Shown: piece by piece, positions 1 through 15,719 of the stretch
Layout of the letters: every line of letters starts with the position of its first letter
How positions within the stretch are numbered: the stretch's first letter is position 1
Assembly: GCF_009914755.1 (NCBI RefSeq)
Contig: NC_060943.1
Source of the DNA: the human T2T-CHM13v2.0 reference genome, Homo sapiens
Reading direction: 5' to 3' (one strand)
Length of the DNA stretch: 64,000 bases
Notes under the pieces: generated by a model
What the model saw: the letters and a program-made list of their open reading frames with translations, nothing else
Databases searched by the model: none
Told to the model about the DNA's origin: nothing
Program-made: the position numbers and the translations under genes

Positions 1-98
1 CCACCATGCCTAGCTAATTTTTTGTATTTTTAGTAGAGACGGGGTTTCACCATTTACAGGATGGTCTCGGTCTCCTGACCTCATGATCCGCCTGCCTC
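1..98 (-). mobile_element. Alu fragment (AluY/Sc-like), cut by window edge and 5'-truncated
   Basis: Antisense Alu linker and left arm: tttttgtatttttagtagagacggggtttcacc...aggatggtctcg...ctcctgacctcatgatccgcc. Confidence 0.9.
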
Positions 99-322
99 CA
101 TTATCTTTTTATACAGTTGATTTCAGTCCATGTGCATATATAGTCACTGCTTTGCTTTCTTTTCCTTCTTTCAATTCTGTGATTCCCTGCAGAATTTTTT
201 TTGTATTAGACTCAACTATATGAACTTGCTATTATTCATCAGTTTTCATCAACACAAGCATCACTATCATATAGTTCAACCTAATATTACCTTAACGCAT
301 TTGTCTGAATAACCTGTGTAAC

Positions 323-483
323 TTTTATAAGATGGAGTCTTGCTTTGTTGCTCAGATGGAGTGCAGTGATTATTCACAGGTGCTATGGTAGTGCTACAGC
401 TGCAAACTGCTGGATTAAAAAGATTCTCCTTCCTCAGCTTTCTGAGTAACTGGGACTGCAAGGCATCCACTACTGCACCTGGC
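323..483 (-). mobile_element. FAM (fossil Alu monomer)
   Basis: Single Alu-like monomer; reverse complement reads gctgtagcactaccatagcacctgtgaataatcactgcac, keeping the 7SL-type CCTGTGAATAG segment of FAM. Confidence 0.75.
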
Positions 484-1327
484 TGTGAGACTCTTGTCTG
501 TTTTTTATTTTGTCTCTTGGTCATGTGGCCCTGAATTTTGGTGTGTGTACTACTTTCTTTAAATACATTTTTAAGTACACAAAGCACACAAATGTTAATG
601 CGTACCTTGATGCCTTTTTAGATATGTGTATCCCTGTGTAATTTCCATCTAGATCAAGGGATACAGCATTTTTAGCAGTTCAATAGGTTCCCTCATGCCC
701 TCTGCCAATTATTATCTCTCCAAGAATAGTTGGGGGAGTTATACTTGTTTTCAATTTCATGTGAATGAAATCGTGGAGTTGATGTTTCTTCCCTTAACTT
801 TATGTCCATGAGTTCATCAATGCTGTGTCTATCAGGATTTTGTTTCTTTTCGTTGTTGAGTAGCATTCCATTGCAAAAATTGAATTTTTTATACAGTTGA
901 AATTTATTTATACAATTAAAAATTTTTAAACAGTTGAAATTTTTTTCAAATATATTTATCCGTTCTACTATTTATGGACACATTTTTCATCATGGTGGTT
1001 TTATAAAGAATGTAGCTATAAACATTCTGGTGCATGTCTTTTGGTGGACATGAACACCCACTTTGGGAGAAGATTTATATACTGGTAATTACAGTTATTA
1101 GACGATAATATGTATGTATATTTTGATTTAGTAGGTATTCCTAAATAGTTTTACAGAATGATTGTGCCAATTTATATTCTTATTAGCAATTTAAGAGAAT
1201 TTCAGCTGTTCTCCATCCTCCCAAACACCTGGTAATGTGAGTCTTTTAAATTTAGTCTTTCTTGTAAGTATATAGCAGTGTCTCATGAGCTTTATTTGTA
1301 TTTCTCTGATGCTTGAACACTTTTTCA

Positions 1328-1642
<315 letters not shown>

Positions 1643-1977
1643 TTATTTGTAGAAACATTTTTTTTAATACTCTGAATTTGAGTTTACAGTTGAAGGTTTG
1701 TACTGGAAATATCTCTTTCATGTTTATGGCTTATCTGTTTATTCTCTTAAAGGTGTCTTTTAATGAAAAGGGATTCTTAATTTTGATTAAATCATTATAG
1801 AAATCTTTTATAGTTGGTATATTTTTAATCTTGATAAACAAATGTTTGCCTTATTCAAAGATAATTAAAGATCTTTTCCTACTATGTGTCTCCTAGAAAA
1901 CTAATTTATTTTTATTATCATATTTAGTTCATTGGTTCATCTTGAATTAATTTTTTTGTATAGTATGAAATGGGGGT

Positions 1978-2486
1978 TGTATTAGCCAGGAATCTCCAGA
2001 TAAACCCTACCAATAGGATAGACAGATACATACATACACACATAGTAAAGTTTATTGTAAGGAATTGGCTCATGCCATTATAGAGACTGAGAAGTTCCAA
2101 AATTTGTAGTCAGCAAGTAGAGATCCAAGAGCACTGATGGTGTAGTTCCAATAAGGAGCCAGCAGGCTTGAGACTTGAGGATAACCAGTGTTTCAGTTTG
2201 AGTCTAAAGGCTGGAAAAAACCAACATTCCAGCCTAAGTCTGTCAGGCAGAAGAAATTTCCTCTAACTCAAGGGAGGGTCAGCCTTTCGTTCTATCTATC
2301 TAGGCTTTTAATTGACTGGAGGAGAGACACCGACATTAGGAAGTGTAATCGGTTTCCCTCATTCTACCAATTCAAATGTTAGCCTCAACCAAAAACTCCA
2401 TCACAGACACCCCGAGAACAATGTTTGACCAATTATCTGGGCACCCCATGGCCCAATCCAGTTGATACACAAAGTTAACCATCATA
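1978..2486 (-). mobile_element. MLT2-family (ERVL) solo LTR
   Basis: Starts tgtattagccagg..tctccaga, contains aaggaattggctcatg and gggcaccccatggccc, ends gttgatacacaaagttaaccatca (antisense of the MLT2 5' end). Confidence 0.85.
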
Positions 2487-2509
2487 AAGGTCAAGGTTGG
2501 CTTTTATCT

Positions 2510-2735
2510 TTGTGTGTGCGTGTGTGTGTGTGTATGTGTGTGTGTATACGTATACATTGTTGTTTTTCATCATGGTGAATATGGCACAAAGCTATTTGGT
2601 ATATCAGATAAATACAAAAGAAAGCTCAGTAAGACACTTCTCTATACCTATATGTATACACATACACACACATATGTGTGTATATCCATATATATGTATG
2701 TGTGTATATGTGTGTATACGCACACACGTATATAT
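2510..2735. repeat. (TG)/(TA)/(CA) low-complexity tracts
   Basis: Alternating purine-pyrimidine runs at 2510-2555 and 2645-2735. Confidence 0.85.
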
Positions 2736-3943
2736 TTGACCTATCACCATTTCAAAAAATGACCATCCTATTTCCACTGAATGTTGTGTGTATCCTTTGT
2801 CATTAATGATATGTCTGTATAAGGTGGTTGTTAACACAATCAATAATGTTGACTGAAAATATAGCTATATACATATGTTTGTATTTTAAAATATTTTCTA
2901 TTTTTACTAAAGTAATAAATGTGTATAGTTTAAAAATTATGCCGTATTAAATAATTCTGCTTCACTCCTTTATTCTCTCCTACTTCTACTTCCTATAAGT
3001 GATGGCTTTTCATATTTTTTCTATTCTAATTAATACTTATGTTGCTACTTCTTGATTTATGAATGTTTCATATTATATACTGATTTCTTGTTTTATTAGC
3101 TACATTTTTTGTTTTTACATATCTACCCCCATTTCCCTTCCTCCATCTAATCAATATATCTATATTACCATTTGTGAGTAAATCATTAATTAATGTTTAT
3201 ATTAATATGACCATATTGTTTTCTGACTAGACAAGCAGTGTACAGTAATTGTTTTGTACAACTTTTTGCTTTTTTGGCACTGACAATTGCTTTGTTTTAT
3301 AATTTAATTAGTGTTCTATGTATGGGGAGCCATTTCTCCCTAAGCGCTCCAAAGACCTGTCAAATACCTGTCAGTAATTTTCCAAGTGTTCAGACACATT
3401 TTCAAGCACCTATATGCATCCCACCCGAGAGACTTCCCTCATATAAACCTTAGTGAACTTGGTCTCCCAGCTTACAGTGTTACAGCAGAGAAGCAGAGTT
3501 TTTATCTCATTTCCTATTCCTTTGTATATAGCCAGTTTGCATTTTTGATTGTTTTTCCTCTTGGAATCTCTTAGGATCTACTTTTTATCCCTGGTGTTCT
3601 GAAATTGTGTGATGCTGCGTGTGGCTGGCATAGGTCTTTTCAATTTAATTTAATTAACTTTTTGCACATTTCCCCGTACGCTTCATGGGCTCAATCTGGC
3701 CATTACTCAGCAATTACTCGGCACTATTTATTTGATGATATTCTTCCCACAGTTTTCTCCCACTGGTCAGGTGTGGGAGCTCCTGGATAGATCTAACAGG
3801 CTTTTCCCTTTCTCTCTCCTTACATTCATCTCTTTATCACTTTAGTTCTACTATCTATTTTATTCTCTTCCATCTATTGTCTGTTCCTCCAAGTTCTTTT
3901 CTATTTGCTTATTTGCTTTATTTTAAAAATTTTATTTAATTAA

Positions 3944-4241
3944 TTTTTTTAAGAGACAGGGTCTCACTCTGTTGCACAGGCTGGAGTGCAGTGGTACGAT
4001 CATGCCTTATTGCAGTCTCCAACTCCGAGGCTCAATTGATCCTCCCGCTTCAGCCTCCTGTGCAGTTGGGACTGCAGCACATGCCACTACACCCGACTAA
4101 TTTTATTTTTTATTATTCTGTAGAGATGGAGTCTTGCTATGTTGCCCTGGCTGGTCTCAAACTTCTGGTCTCAAGCTATCCTCCTTCCTGGGGCTCCCAA
4201 AGTGCTGGGATTACAGGTGTGAGCCACTATGCGTGGCCGGC
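3944..4241 (-). mobile_element. AluJ
   Basis: Full antisense dimer with J diagnostics (gatcatg, gctcaa..gatcctccc, ttgctatgttgccc). Confidence 0.92.
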
Positions 4242-5149
4242 TTTAATTCTTGTGCCCCTTTTTGTCTTGGTCTATGCCTTTCATGTCGAGTCTTTTCTCT
4301 CAGGTATTGGGACTTTGGGCTGCTCACTCATACTTAGGAGCAAGACTTTAAGCTCATTGGAAGCTCTGGGTATCTGCACCAGCTATCCGCAGTGGACCTC
4401 CACCACGATGCAGTTAGACGGCCAGCTTTTTTGTCTCTCTGGTACACATACCCTCTAAAGACAGGCCTTATAAGCCTCTTTATTGGTGACCACTTGGTTT
4501 CTCTTGAAAATAATCCTGCAATCTCCCCACCTAGTGGTAAGGGTTATGCCAAATGGCTGACTCCTGGGAACAGGGCAAGGAAGAGAGGTGGGGTGTGAGC
4601 ATTCTGGATGTAAACTTATTTATTCCTTTTGTGGTTTCCCCACATCTGCAGCCTCTCAATTCCAAAGATAATAAAACTCCTATTTCCTGCAGAGATAGGA
4701 ATGGATATTTCCATGGCCACACATGGAAGACAAGGAGATTGGAAAAGACATGGGGGTGGCACCTAACTGCTCAGTACAGATGTGCAACCTTGGAAACTGG
4801 TGCCCCCAAGTCCAAAACCTCCCCAGAGTCCCATGGGGAAAATTAATTTGTTTTTAACTGTGACTACCTCTGTAGGCACAAATATTTCTGTTTTCTTAGC
4901 CCTTCTGACTCATTTACCCCCATTCTGTTTTCTATCTTTGAAATCTAACTTACATCTATGAACACTGTTGATTCATCCTCTATTATCTTTATCTTTATGG
5001 GCTATTATTACTTCAGTTACTTTACTATTGCACCAATAGAGTTTTGGGAGAGTAAAACAATTCTTATTTATATCTAAATCTCTTTACACACATGCAAACA
5101 CACACATAATTATTCCCAAAATAAGCAGAGAATGCTAGTTAAAAATAAA

Positions 5150-7110
<1,961 letters not shown>

Positions 7111-7171
7111 TTTTCAAAGTTTTCTTAGGTGATCTTATTTGAGTGTCAGGCTAATGTACTGAACTATTTAT

Positions 7172-8150
7172 TTGGGTATGTGTGTGTTAGTTTGTGTGTG
7201 TGTATTCGTATGTGTGTATTGGTTTGTGTGTATTTGCACTGGTTTGCGTGTGTGTGTGTTGGTTTGTGTGTATGTGTGTAACGGTTTGTGCGTATGTGTG
7301 TAGTGGTTTGTGTGTGTGTATTGGTTTGTGTGTATTGGTTTTTGTGTATATTGGTTTATGTGTATATATTGGTTTGTGTGTGTATTGGTTTGTGTTTGCA
7401 TTGGTTTGTGTGTGTTGTGTGTATGTGTGTAGTGGTTTGTGTGTGTGTATTGGTTTGTGTTTGCACTGGTTTGTGTGTGTTGTGTGTATGTGTGTAGTGG
7501 TTTGTGTGTGTGTATTGGTTTGTGTGTATGTGTGTAGTGGTTTGTGTGTATGTGTGTATTGGTTTGTGTGTGTGTATTGGTTTGTGTGTGTATTGGTTTG
7601 TGTTTGTATTGGTTTTTGTGTGTGTATGTGTGTAGTGGTTTGTGTGTGCATATTGGTTTGTGCATATGTGTGTAGTGGTTTGTGTTTGTGTATTGGTTTG
7701 TGTATGTGTGTATTGGTTTGTGTGTATGTGTAGTGGTGTGTGTGTATGTGTATTTGTATGTGTATGTGTGTATTGGTTTGTATATGTGTGTATTTCTATG
7801 TGTATGTGTGTATTGGTTTGTATATGTGTGTATTTGTGTGTGTGTATTGGTTTGTGTATGTGTATTGGTTTGTATATGTGTGTATTTCTATGTGCATGTG
7901 TGTGTTGGTTTGTGTATGTGTGTATTGGTTTGTGTGTATGTGTAGTGGTGTGTGTGTATGTGTATTTGTATGTGTGTATTGGTTGGTATATGTGTGTTGG
8001 TTTGTGTATGTGTGTATTGGTATGTATATGTGTGTATTTGTGTGTGTGTATTGGTTTGTGTATGTGTATTGGTTTGTATATGTGTGTATTTCTATGTGTA
8101 TGTGTGTACTGGTTTGTGTATGTGTGTTGGTTTGCGCGTGTGTGTATTTC
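7172..8150. repeat. ~1 kb TG-rich composite tandem repeat (core tgtgtattggtttg)
   Basis: Repeated (tg)n-tattggtt / tagtggtt variants; source of all C/V/Y and H/T/N ORFs at 7168-8231. Confidence 0.95.
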
Positions 8151-8449
8151 TCTTTTACTCTTCCTCTGCCATCCCATGAAAGTGGGCCTTTTCCTGTACT
8201 AACTCAAGACAGGTACTGCGCCCAGGGCTGAAAAGGGAGCTGTCTGCGTTCTTCCCTGCTTTTTCAGGAGCTCACGGAAGAGGCCATGCTACCCACCAGG
8301 GGCAAACACCAAAGAAGAGAAAGGGGTCTTTGAAGATGACAGGAAGGTAAGAGGACATGCCTTCTGTTGTTCTGAGGAGGAGGTCAGAGTCCAAAGACAG
8401 CAAGGACACAACAGGGCTTCACCTGTGGGTTGTGGGGAGGCCTCCGGAT

Positions 8450-8857
8450 GATGGCTCGTGCCTCACCTATGAAGGCAGGGCCCTGGGGTGCTGATTTCCA
8501 GCCTCCACAAAGGCTGGGCATGGATGTGAGAGTGACCTAACTTAAAGGGACATTCCGGGTTTGGGAAGGAGCATAGCTGGGGCGACTTGGATAGCCTTAA
8601 GGGTCAGAGGCCCCTCATCTCTTTTCGCTGTTGGACGCTAAAGAAGGCAGGATGGCTGGTGGTAAAGAATCGAATCTGAAGTCAGCCATGTGCTGAGGGC
8701 AACAAGATATGGAGCGGAAGCCCATGCCCTTGTGGACAACACGAGGCCGCCATGACACCAATCAGGGCCAACGCTGGGAAGAGAATTAACGTCCACTTTG
8801 TTTTAGGTGTCATTTTTTCTTTCCCGTTTCAGGTAGTCCATTCCAACCCTAAATGAT
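8450..8857 (+). mobile_element. Possible old MLT1 (J/K-like) LTR remnant
   Basis: 3' part resembles an MLT1 terminus (gagaattaacgtccactttgttttag...aaccctaaatgat); highly diverged. Confidence 0.35.
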
Positions 8858-8859
8858 GA

Positions 8860-9012
8860 ACTCTGTGAGGCTCAGTTTCCTCTTCTGTAAACTGCAGACA
8901 ATCCTCATAGCATCCCTGTGAAAATGGAAAAGCTAAGATGTCCAGTGTGCTTGGCACAGTTGCTAACATGTCATAAACACCCCAAACGTGTCAGGTATTA
9001 TTATTGTTACTG
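8860..9012 (+). mobile_element. MIR
   Basis: Core ctcagtttcctcttctgtaaa and 3' end gtgcttggcacag...tattattatt. Confidence 0.8.
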
Positions 9013-9059
9013 TTGTTGTCTTGAATAACATCGAATCAAAATATATGCTGAAATCCTAT

Positions 9060-10450
9060 GAGAAATATAAAGATAAATAGAAAGAAGCATAGCACTGGTG
9101 GTAGATGATAATTGCATTTTTCTGATTTGATACCATATTTTATTCTTAGCTCACTTAATATATCAAAGTCAGAGGAGCCTATTGATAAAATTGATTTAAT
9201 AGTAATATATCAAACCTTGCAGAGATAATGCTTGTTTTTTTCTAGTGCCCATGGAATATTTACAGTAATAATTACATTCACCCTCTAAAAGATCTGAATA
9301 AATTCTTTAAAATGTAATGCCTGTATTGTCTAATTGCCATACAAACTATATATAAATAATAGAATTTAAATGAGAAACTTCTTGAAATTTAATAAACCCT
9401 TCTATGTATCTCAGTAAAAGGTGGCACACAACTATAAATATAGACTATTTGTAAAATAATGAGACAACATAAGACAATGTATGAGCTGCAGCCAAAGCTG
9501 TACTTATTATTACAATAATAATCTTAAATATTTTTCATATTGAGCAAGACAAAAATAAATACACTGACCATTACATTCAACAAATCAGCAACAAAATGGG
9601 GAAGCATAAGAAAAGTGGGAGGAAGGAATTAACAGAAATAACAAGAATAAATATGCATTCAGCAGAATTGCTATAAATGAGATTGGTTTCTCTGAAATGA
9701 CAAATAAAATATTCAAACCCAAGAAATCTAATCAAGAAAAAATGAGACCAAAATAGGATTGAGAATAAATATATAATCACAAATACAAAGAGGATTTATA
9801 GACTTTTCAGAGATTTCTATGAACAACTCTGCTAAAAATGGAAATTGCATAAAATTGATCACATTCTGGGAAAAATGCATTTAAAGCGGCTTATGAAAAT
9901 CTAGAAAATACAAATAAACCAGAGACTCTTAAAAAAATAAAGGATTGTAAAAGAACTATGTGTTTGTTTCTATGTGTATGTGTGTATCAGTTCTATAAGG
10001 ATGCTGGGACCAGAGGGTTTTACAGGCAAGGTCTATCAATCCTCTAAGGAAAAGGTAAATTCACTGTATTTTAACTATTATAGAGAACTGAAAAGTTGGA
10101 AAGGTTACTCTCTCTGTCTCTCTCTGTCACACACACACACAGAAATTTAAAATGAAGAGAATATATTCTGAAAAAGAGGAAATACTGTATTTTGGATAAC
10201 ATATAACTTACCTGGAAAATTCAACAAAATCAACAGAAAAACTGCTTGAATTAATTAGAGAGCTAAGGAGAGTGGAATATTAAATAATGTAATATAAAAA
10301 TAATCACTATTAGAGATAACCAGTTGATACATTTAATTTAGAAAATTCCTATTTATTACAACATCCCTAAACAGAGATTGTTCAGAAATAAATTCAACAA
10401 GAAATGTGCAGGACCTATATGTGGAAAACAATCCTACAAAATTTTACCCA
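9060..10450 (+). mobile_element. Ancient L1M ORF2 remnant
   Basis: Sense ORF2 motifs (tctagtgcccatggaatatttac, gcagccaaagctgtactt, ggaccagagggttttacaggc, aaatgtgcaggacctatatg). Confidence 0.7.
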
Positions 10451-10577
10451 GGGCTGCACAGGTCAACACCCCAGGACGGACAGGGTGGCAAGTCCTAGGC
10501 TCAAGGACAGAGATGCTGATATCGGAGCACTGGGTTGTGATTTGAAGATTCAAGTGTTGAATACAGGTCTTTTTCAT

Positions 10578-11172
10578 GACTGGGTATCTACTCAAAGGAA
10601 AAGAAATTGTTCTACTATTAATAAAAAGACACTGGCATGCACATGTTTATTGCAACACTAATCACAATAGCAAGGACATGAAATCAACCTATGTGTCCAT
10701 TATGGGTGGATTGGATAAAAGAAAGTGTGGTACATATACATCATGGAATACTACACAACCATAAAGACAAATCAAATAATGTCTTTTACAGCAATTTGTG
10801 TGGAGCTGGAGGCAATGATTCTAGGTGAAGTAACTCAGGAATGGAAAACCGAATACCACATGTTCTCACTTACAAGTGGGAGCTAAATATTTTGTCCAAA
10901 TGGACATAAAGATGGGAACAATAGACACTGAGGACCCCAAAAAGGGAGCAGGAAGGGAGGAGGGAGGGGAGCAAGGGCGGAAAAACTATTGAGTCCCACG
11001 CTCACTACCTGGGCAATGGGATCAATAGAAGCCCAAATCTCAGAATCAGGCAATACACCCATGTACCTACCACACATGCACATGTACCCCCTGAATCTAA
11101 AATTTATAAAAAGCAAGAAAAAATAAATATAAATACAACCTAGACACTATTAAAAAAAAAAAAAACAAAAGA
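10578..11172 (+). mobile_element. L1PB 3' end (5'-truncated)
   Basis: ORF2 C-terminal DNA plus PB-type 3'UTR (gatgggaacaatagacactg...gggatcaatagaagcccaaatctcag), poly(A). Confidence 0.9.
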
Positions 11173-11184
11173 AAGAAACATGTC

Positions 11185-11569
<385 letters not shown>

Positions 11570-12003
11570 TAAATGAAGTGAAGCTGATGAGGAACGACCC
11601 TGTGTTGGGAAGAAAGGTCCTCCCTGGTTTAGATTAGATACCCCACCCCCCTCCACTGAGGACCTGAGTAAGCAGGGTCCTGCCTTGATGGGGGCACAAG
11701 TGGTGAAGCTAGGAGAGAAAGCAAGTTCTCTTCCTATGGGGGTATCTGCACGTGCACACCTCCTTTTTCCATGATCGCCAGCCTGAGAAGGACCCTGTCT
11801 CCAACCTTCCCACTGTTTACTTCCAACATGGGGAGCTTCCTTGACCTCCCAGAAGCACCATCCGAGGTCTCAGACTCTGGAATTAACTTGCAGCTCAAGA
11901 GAGCTTACTGACTGCATGTTGTACGTGGGGACCTGCTTCACAGAGGGCGATGTTGTCCTGGGCCTCTGTCCCAGAACCTCCAGCTTGACCCTTAGGCTTA
12001 AAG

Positions 12004-12613
12004 TTGTTGTTGTTTTTGTTTTCTTTCAATAGCTTTTGGGGTACAAGTGGTTTTTGGTCACATGGATGCCTTCTACACTGATGAATTCTGAATTTTAGTG
12101 CACCCATCACCTGAACAGTGTACGTTGTACCCAATATGTAGTCTTTTATTACTCAAGCCCCTCCAACTTCCCCAACTCCCAAGTTCCCAAAGTCCATTAT
12201 ATCACTGTATGACTTTGAGTCCTCATAGCTTAGCTTCCACTTGTAAGTGAAAACATGTGGTATTTGGTTTTCCATTCATGAGTTACTTCATTTAGAATAA
12301 TGGCCTTCAGCTCCATCCAAGTTGCTGCAAAATACATTATTTTATTCCTTTTTATGGTTGAGTAGTATTCCATGGTGTATATCTACCACATTTTCTTTAT
12401 CCACTCATTGGTTATCTTAGATCTCAGACCTGAAACTGTAAAAATTCTAAAGATAATGTTGGAAAAACTCTTCTGGACATCCAGGCAAAAAAATTCGTAA
12501 CTAAGACCCCAAAAGCAAATGCAACAAAAACAAAAATAAATAAATGGGACCTAATGAAACTAAAAAACTTCTGCACAGCAGAAGAAATAATAGGCAGAGT
12601 AAACAGACAAATC
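12004..12613 (-). mobile_element. L1PB 3' end with inverted 5' segment
   Basis: 12004-12414 is antisense 3'UTR; ~12415-12613 is sense ORF2 (cctgaaactgtaaaaattcta...gagtaaacagacaa); TSD-like aggcttaaag/aggctgaaag. Confidence 0.85.
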
Positions 12614-15172
12614 AGGCTGAAAGATAAAGGAGAAGGCAGGTGGCTTTTTCATTTGTCAAGGGTCTCAGAAGACAGTCGGCCCAGTTGATTGACAGTCAGT
12701 CCAGTTGATTGACCTCCCACTGTCCACATTAACTGATTTCCTAGGTAATTTCTAAATACTCACCTCACTTTTCTACAGACTGGGTTTGCTGGGATCATAC
12801 CAGGGTGGACTGGGAAAGTTTGAGTCTTCACTCTCATCAGTTTCCTTCCTGACCCCACCCCCAAGCCACTTTAAATAAAGATAAGATCTAAGTAGAAAAT
12901 CATGCACTCGCTATGAACACCCAGCTTCAAGAGAAGTGCCCTAAATGCCTCCGGTAGAGAAAACCTCAGTGCGTCGTATGCTTGTTTCCATATGCAAATG
13001 AAGGCTTCACCAACTTCCACCCCTCTTTGCTGCCTGGCATATCGTGATTGGCAGGGCTGTACTTCCTACCCTCCATATGCAAATACACCTCATATTCACT
13101 AACGCACAGTTTTAACCCCACCCCACAGGTGGGAGGTCGCAAAAGCAAAGGATTTTTTTTTCTAGTTCTTGTCAATCAACCAGCCAAGCTAGTTTATTTA
13201 ATTTTATACACTAGCTCAAAGTCACAGCCAGTGTCTGAAAGGCCTGAGGGGTTTCTCAGAGGTATCCTAATTTCGTGCAACCAGCTCCTGACTTTCATCT
13301 GCACCAAGGTGGGCAGTCAAGATGAATGAGTGAATAGAAATATGACACAGGAAGGCCCTGAATAGACTCAGTGGTCAGGAGACATTAATCTTGACGTGTG
13401 TGATCTACTTTCGCAGAGGAGCTGAAGTCACCCTTTCTGCCCACCACACCTCATTTATTTGGTTAATCTCCCATAACTTGGGCCTTATGATTAACCCTGT
13501 AAGTAAGCTCTGCTCTGGTGGGTCTTTGCCCCTCTGAGTTTCCAAAATGGCATAGATTATTGAAATTTCTCCTCTGACCCATTCATAGACATCAGCCTTC
13601 ACGCCATCTGGGGCTGCCCCTCTCCTTTGTGACTTTGACCTTAAACAGCCCAGTCCTATAAATACCACCACTGAGGTCAATGCCAGGTGCAAAGAGCATG
13701 CTTTGGTGTGCAATCCCTCAGCACCTAGTTGGTGCCAGGCCCTGAGGGATGTGCTGTTGGGAGTGTAGAGATGATTTATGCTCAGAGAAAGGAGACCTTC
13801 ACTCTTTAACCTGGCGAGGCGTGTTCTGCAATTGAGGAATATTCCTCAGAAGGACGGCAGGTGGAAGCTTGCTGCTGGCTTGTGGAGGCGGAGGTGATTG
13901 AGCAGCCTCGCTTAGCAGACAGGCATTTGTCAGGCGGGAAAAACAAGGGTAGAGTGGAATCACAAGTCCGATGTGATGACAACTTTAGTGTGAGGGAAAG
14001 AGCATCCAGAAAGGCTGTTTTGAGATGTTAACCTGGGTCATTCCTCTCTCCTAACTGAATAAGGCACAAAAACAGTAGCTGCTGCGTTTACCATTGTGCA
14101 GAAATTTCAGATGCAACATCTTATCATTGGTTCCATGATTCTTGATGCCCTCAACCACACTGAGGATTTTAAAAAAGGTTAAGAGAATGGAGACAGGGAG
14201 AGAATCTGTTAGATGGATTTCTCTGGAAAAAGTTGGATATGGGTCCTACATCCCTCCCCACAACCTCACCTCAAGACAGAAAGGAAGTGCTTCAAAAGGG
14301 TTGCTTGGGGAAGTTGGTGTGTGCCCTGCAGCCAGGAGGACACGGGTGCTTGTGGCTGCCTCCACTTGGGAAACCCGGAGGTGGCTGATTTGTCAGCAGA
14401 ACAAGAGAGAGACAGTTTTAGCAGCCTTGGGACAGCCTGCTCCCCAGAGTTCACAGGAATGCCTCCCACTGGCTGTGCAGGAATCAATGCCTTCTTGCAG
14501 GGCACAGCCACTCCCACAGAGAGACTCCCTGGGGATGGGCCACCGGGAACTCAGGGACTGAGGCCATGGTGAAGGGCATTACCTACTTCCCGGACAAATT
14601 TTTCAAAGTGCAACCCACAAAAGCAGCCCTCAAGAGCCTGTGTCACTTTAAACAATCTGCCAGTCAAGTGAGAATCTCACTAAACTCTCCAGTCTCCCTC
14701 TCCCGTGCTCCAACTGCCCAGGACCAAGAAACATTCGCTTGGAAGTGGGAAAAGAGGGGAGCATGAAGGCAGGCTTCCCTGGCTTCCCCGGCAGCCCATC
14801 TGCCAGGGAGAGGTCCCAGCTGTGCAGGTGGTGCTGGTGAATGGGAGAAGTCAAATTTGTAGAGAAAGTTGGAAACTGACTACTACGTAAGACTGGCTTT
14901 TAAAACCACTCAGTTGGCACTTCCATGAGTTCAGACTATTGTAAGAATTTTCTATTCTCGAGTGACTTGGAAAGTCATGGAGGCTCGTCTAAGTTTGCAC
15001 TCAGGAGATAAAGAAGAAATAACCCAGCAAGCAGGCTTACAGGACAGAAGGAAGGAAGTATTGCATACCATGCCTCTGTTTGTTTCACACACTGGGGACA
15101 GCACTTAGGCTTTGAATGAGTGGGTCTCAAAGGCCAGGGGTTGCGGGGGTATGCACACTTTCCATGGGTGCC

Positions 15173-15536
15173 TGTATTAGTTCGTCTTCACACTGCTGAT
15201 GAAGACATATCCAAGCCTGGATAATTTATAAAGAAAAAGAGGTCTAGTGGACTTACAGTTACACATTGCTGGGGAGGCCTCACAATCCTGGCAGAAGGCA
15301 AAAAGCACATCTTACATGGTGGCAGACAAGAGGGAGTATGAGAGCCAAGTGAAAAGGGAAACTCATTATAAAACCATCAGATCTCGTGAGACTTATTCAC
15401 TACAATGAGAACAGTATGGGGGAACCCGCCCCCATCATTCAATTATTTCCCACTGGGTCTCTCCCACAACACGTGGGAATCATGGGAGCTACAATTCAAG
15501 ATGAGATTTGGGGGGAGACACAGCCAAACCATATCA
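15173..15536 (-). mobile_element. THE1 (THE1B-like) solo LTR
   Basis: tgtattag...cagccaaaccatatca, 364 bp, perfect 5-bp TSD gtgcc. Confidence 0.95.
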
Positions 15537-15719
15537 GTGCCCCAAACTTAATGATTACAAAACCTAGAACACTCCAAGGTGCTAAAGACACAGTTCATAT
15601 TACTGTAGAAAGTGAGATAAGTAAACTTCACTTCCAAACCCCCTCCTCCAGCATTTTACTGCAAGCAATGGTAGAAACATATAGAAATGGAGAAGTCATT
15701 TTTCAACATTGTTATGTAG

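Noticed and set aside
3991-4458. 155-aa ORF (and similar at 47200, 38190, 52018)
   Set aside because: Typical Alu-derived translations ([23 protein letters not shown])
7168-8231. Long ORFs (up to 273 aa) on both strands
   Set aside because: Translations of a TG-rich tandem repeat with low-complexity C/V/Y or H/T composition
12671-12713. 20-bp tandem duplication gacagtc.g.ccagttgatt
   Set aside because: Two-copy slippage product with no further structure
13400-13720. TATAAATA at ~13657 and a gtaagt motif at ~13499
   Set aside because: Isolated short motifs without a consistent promoter or exon arrangement
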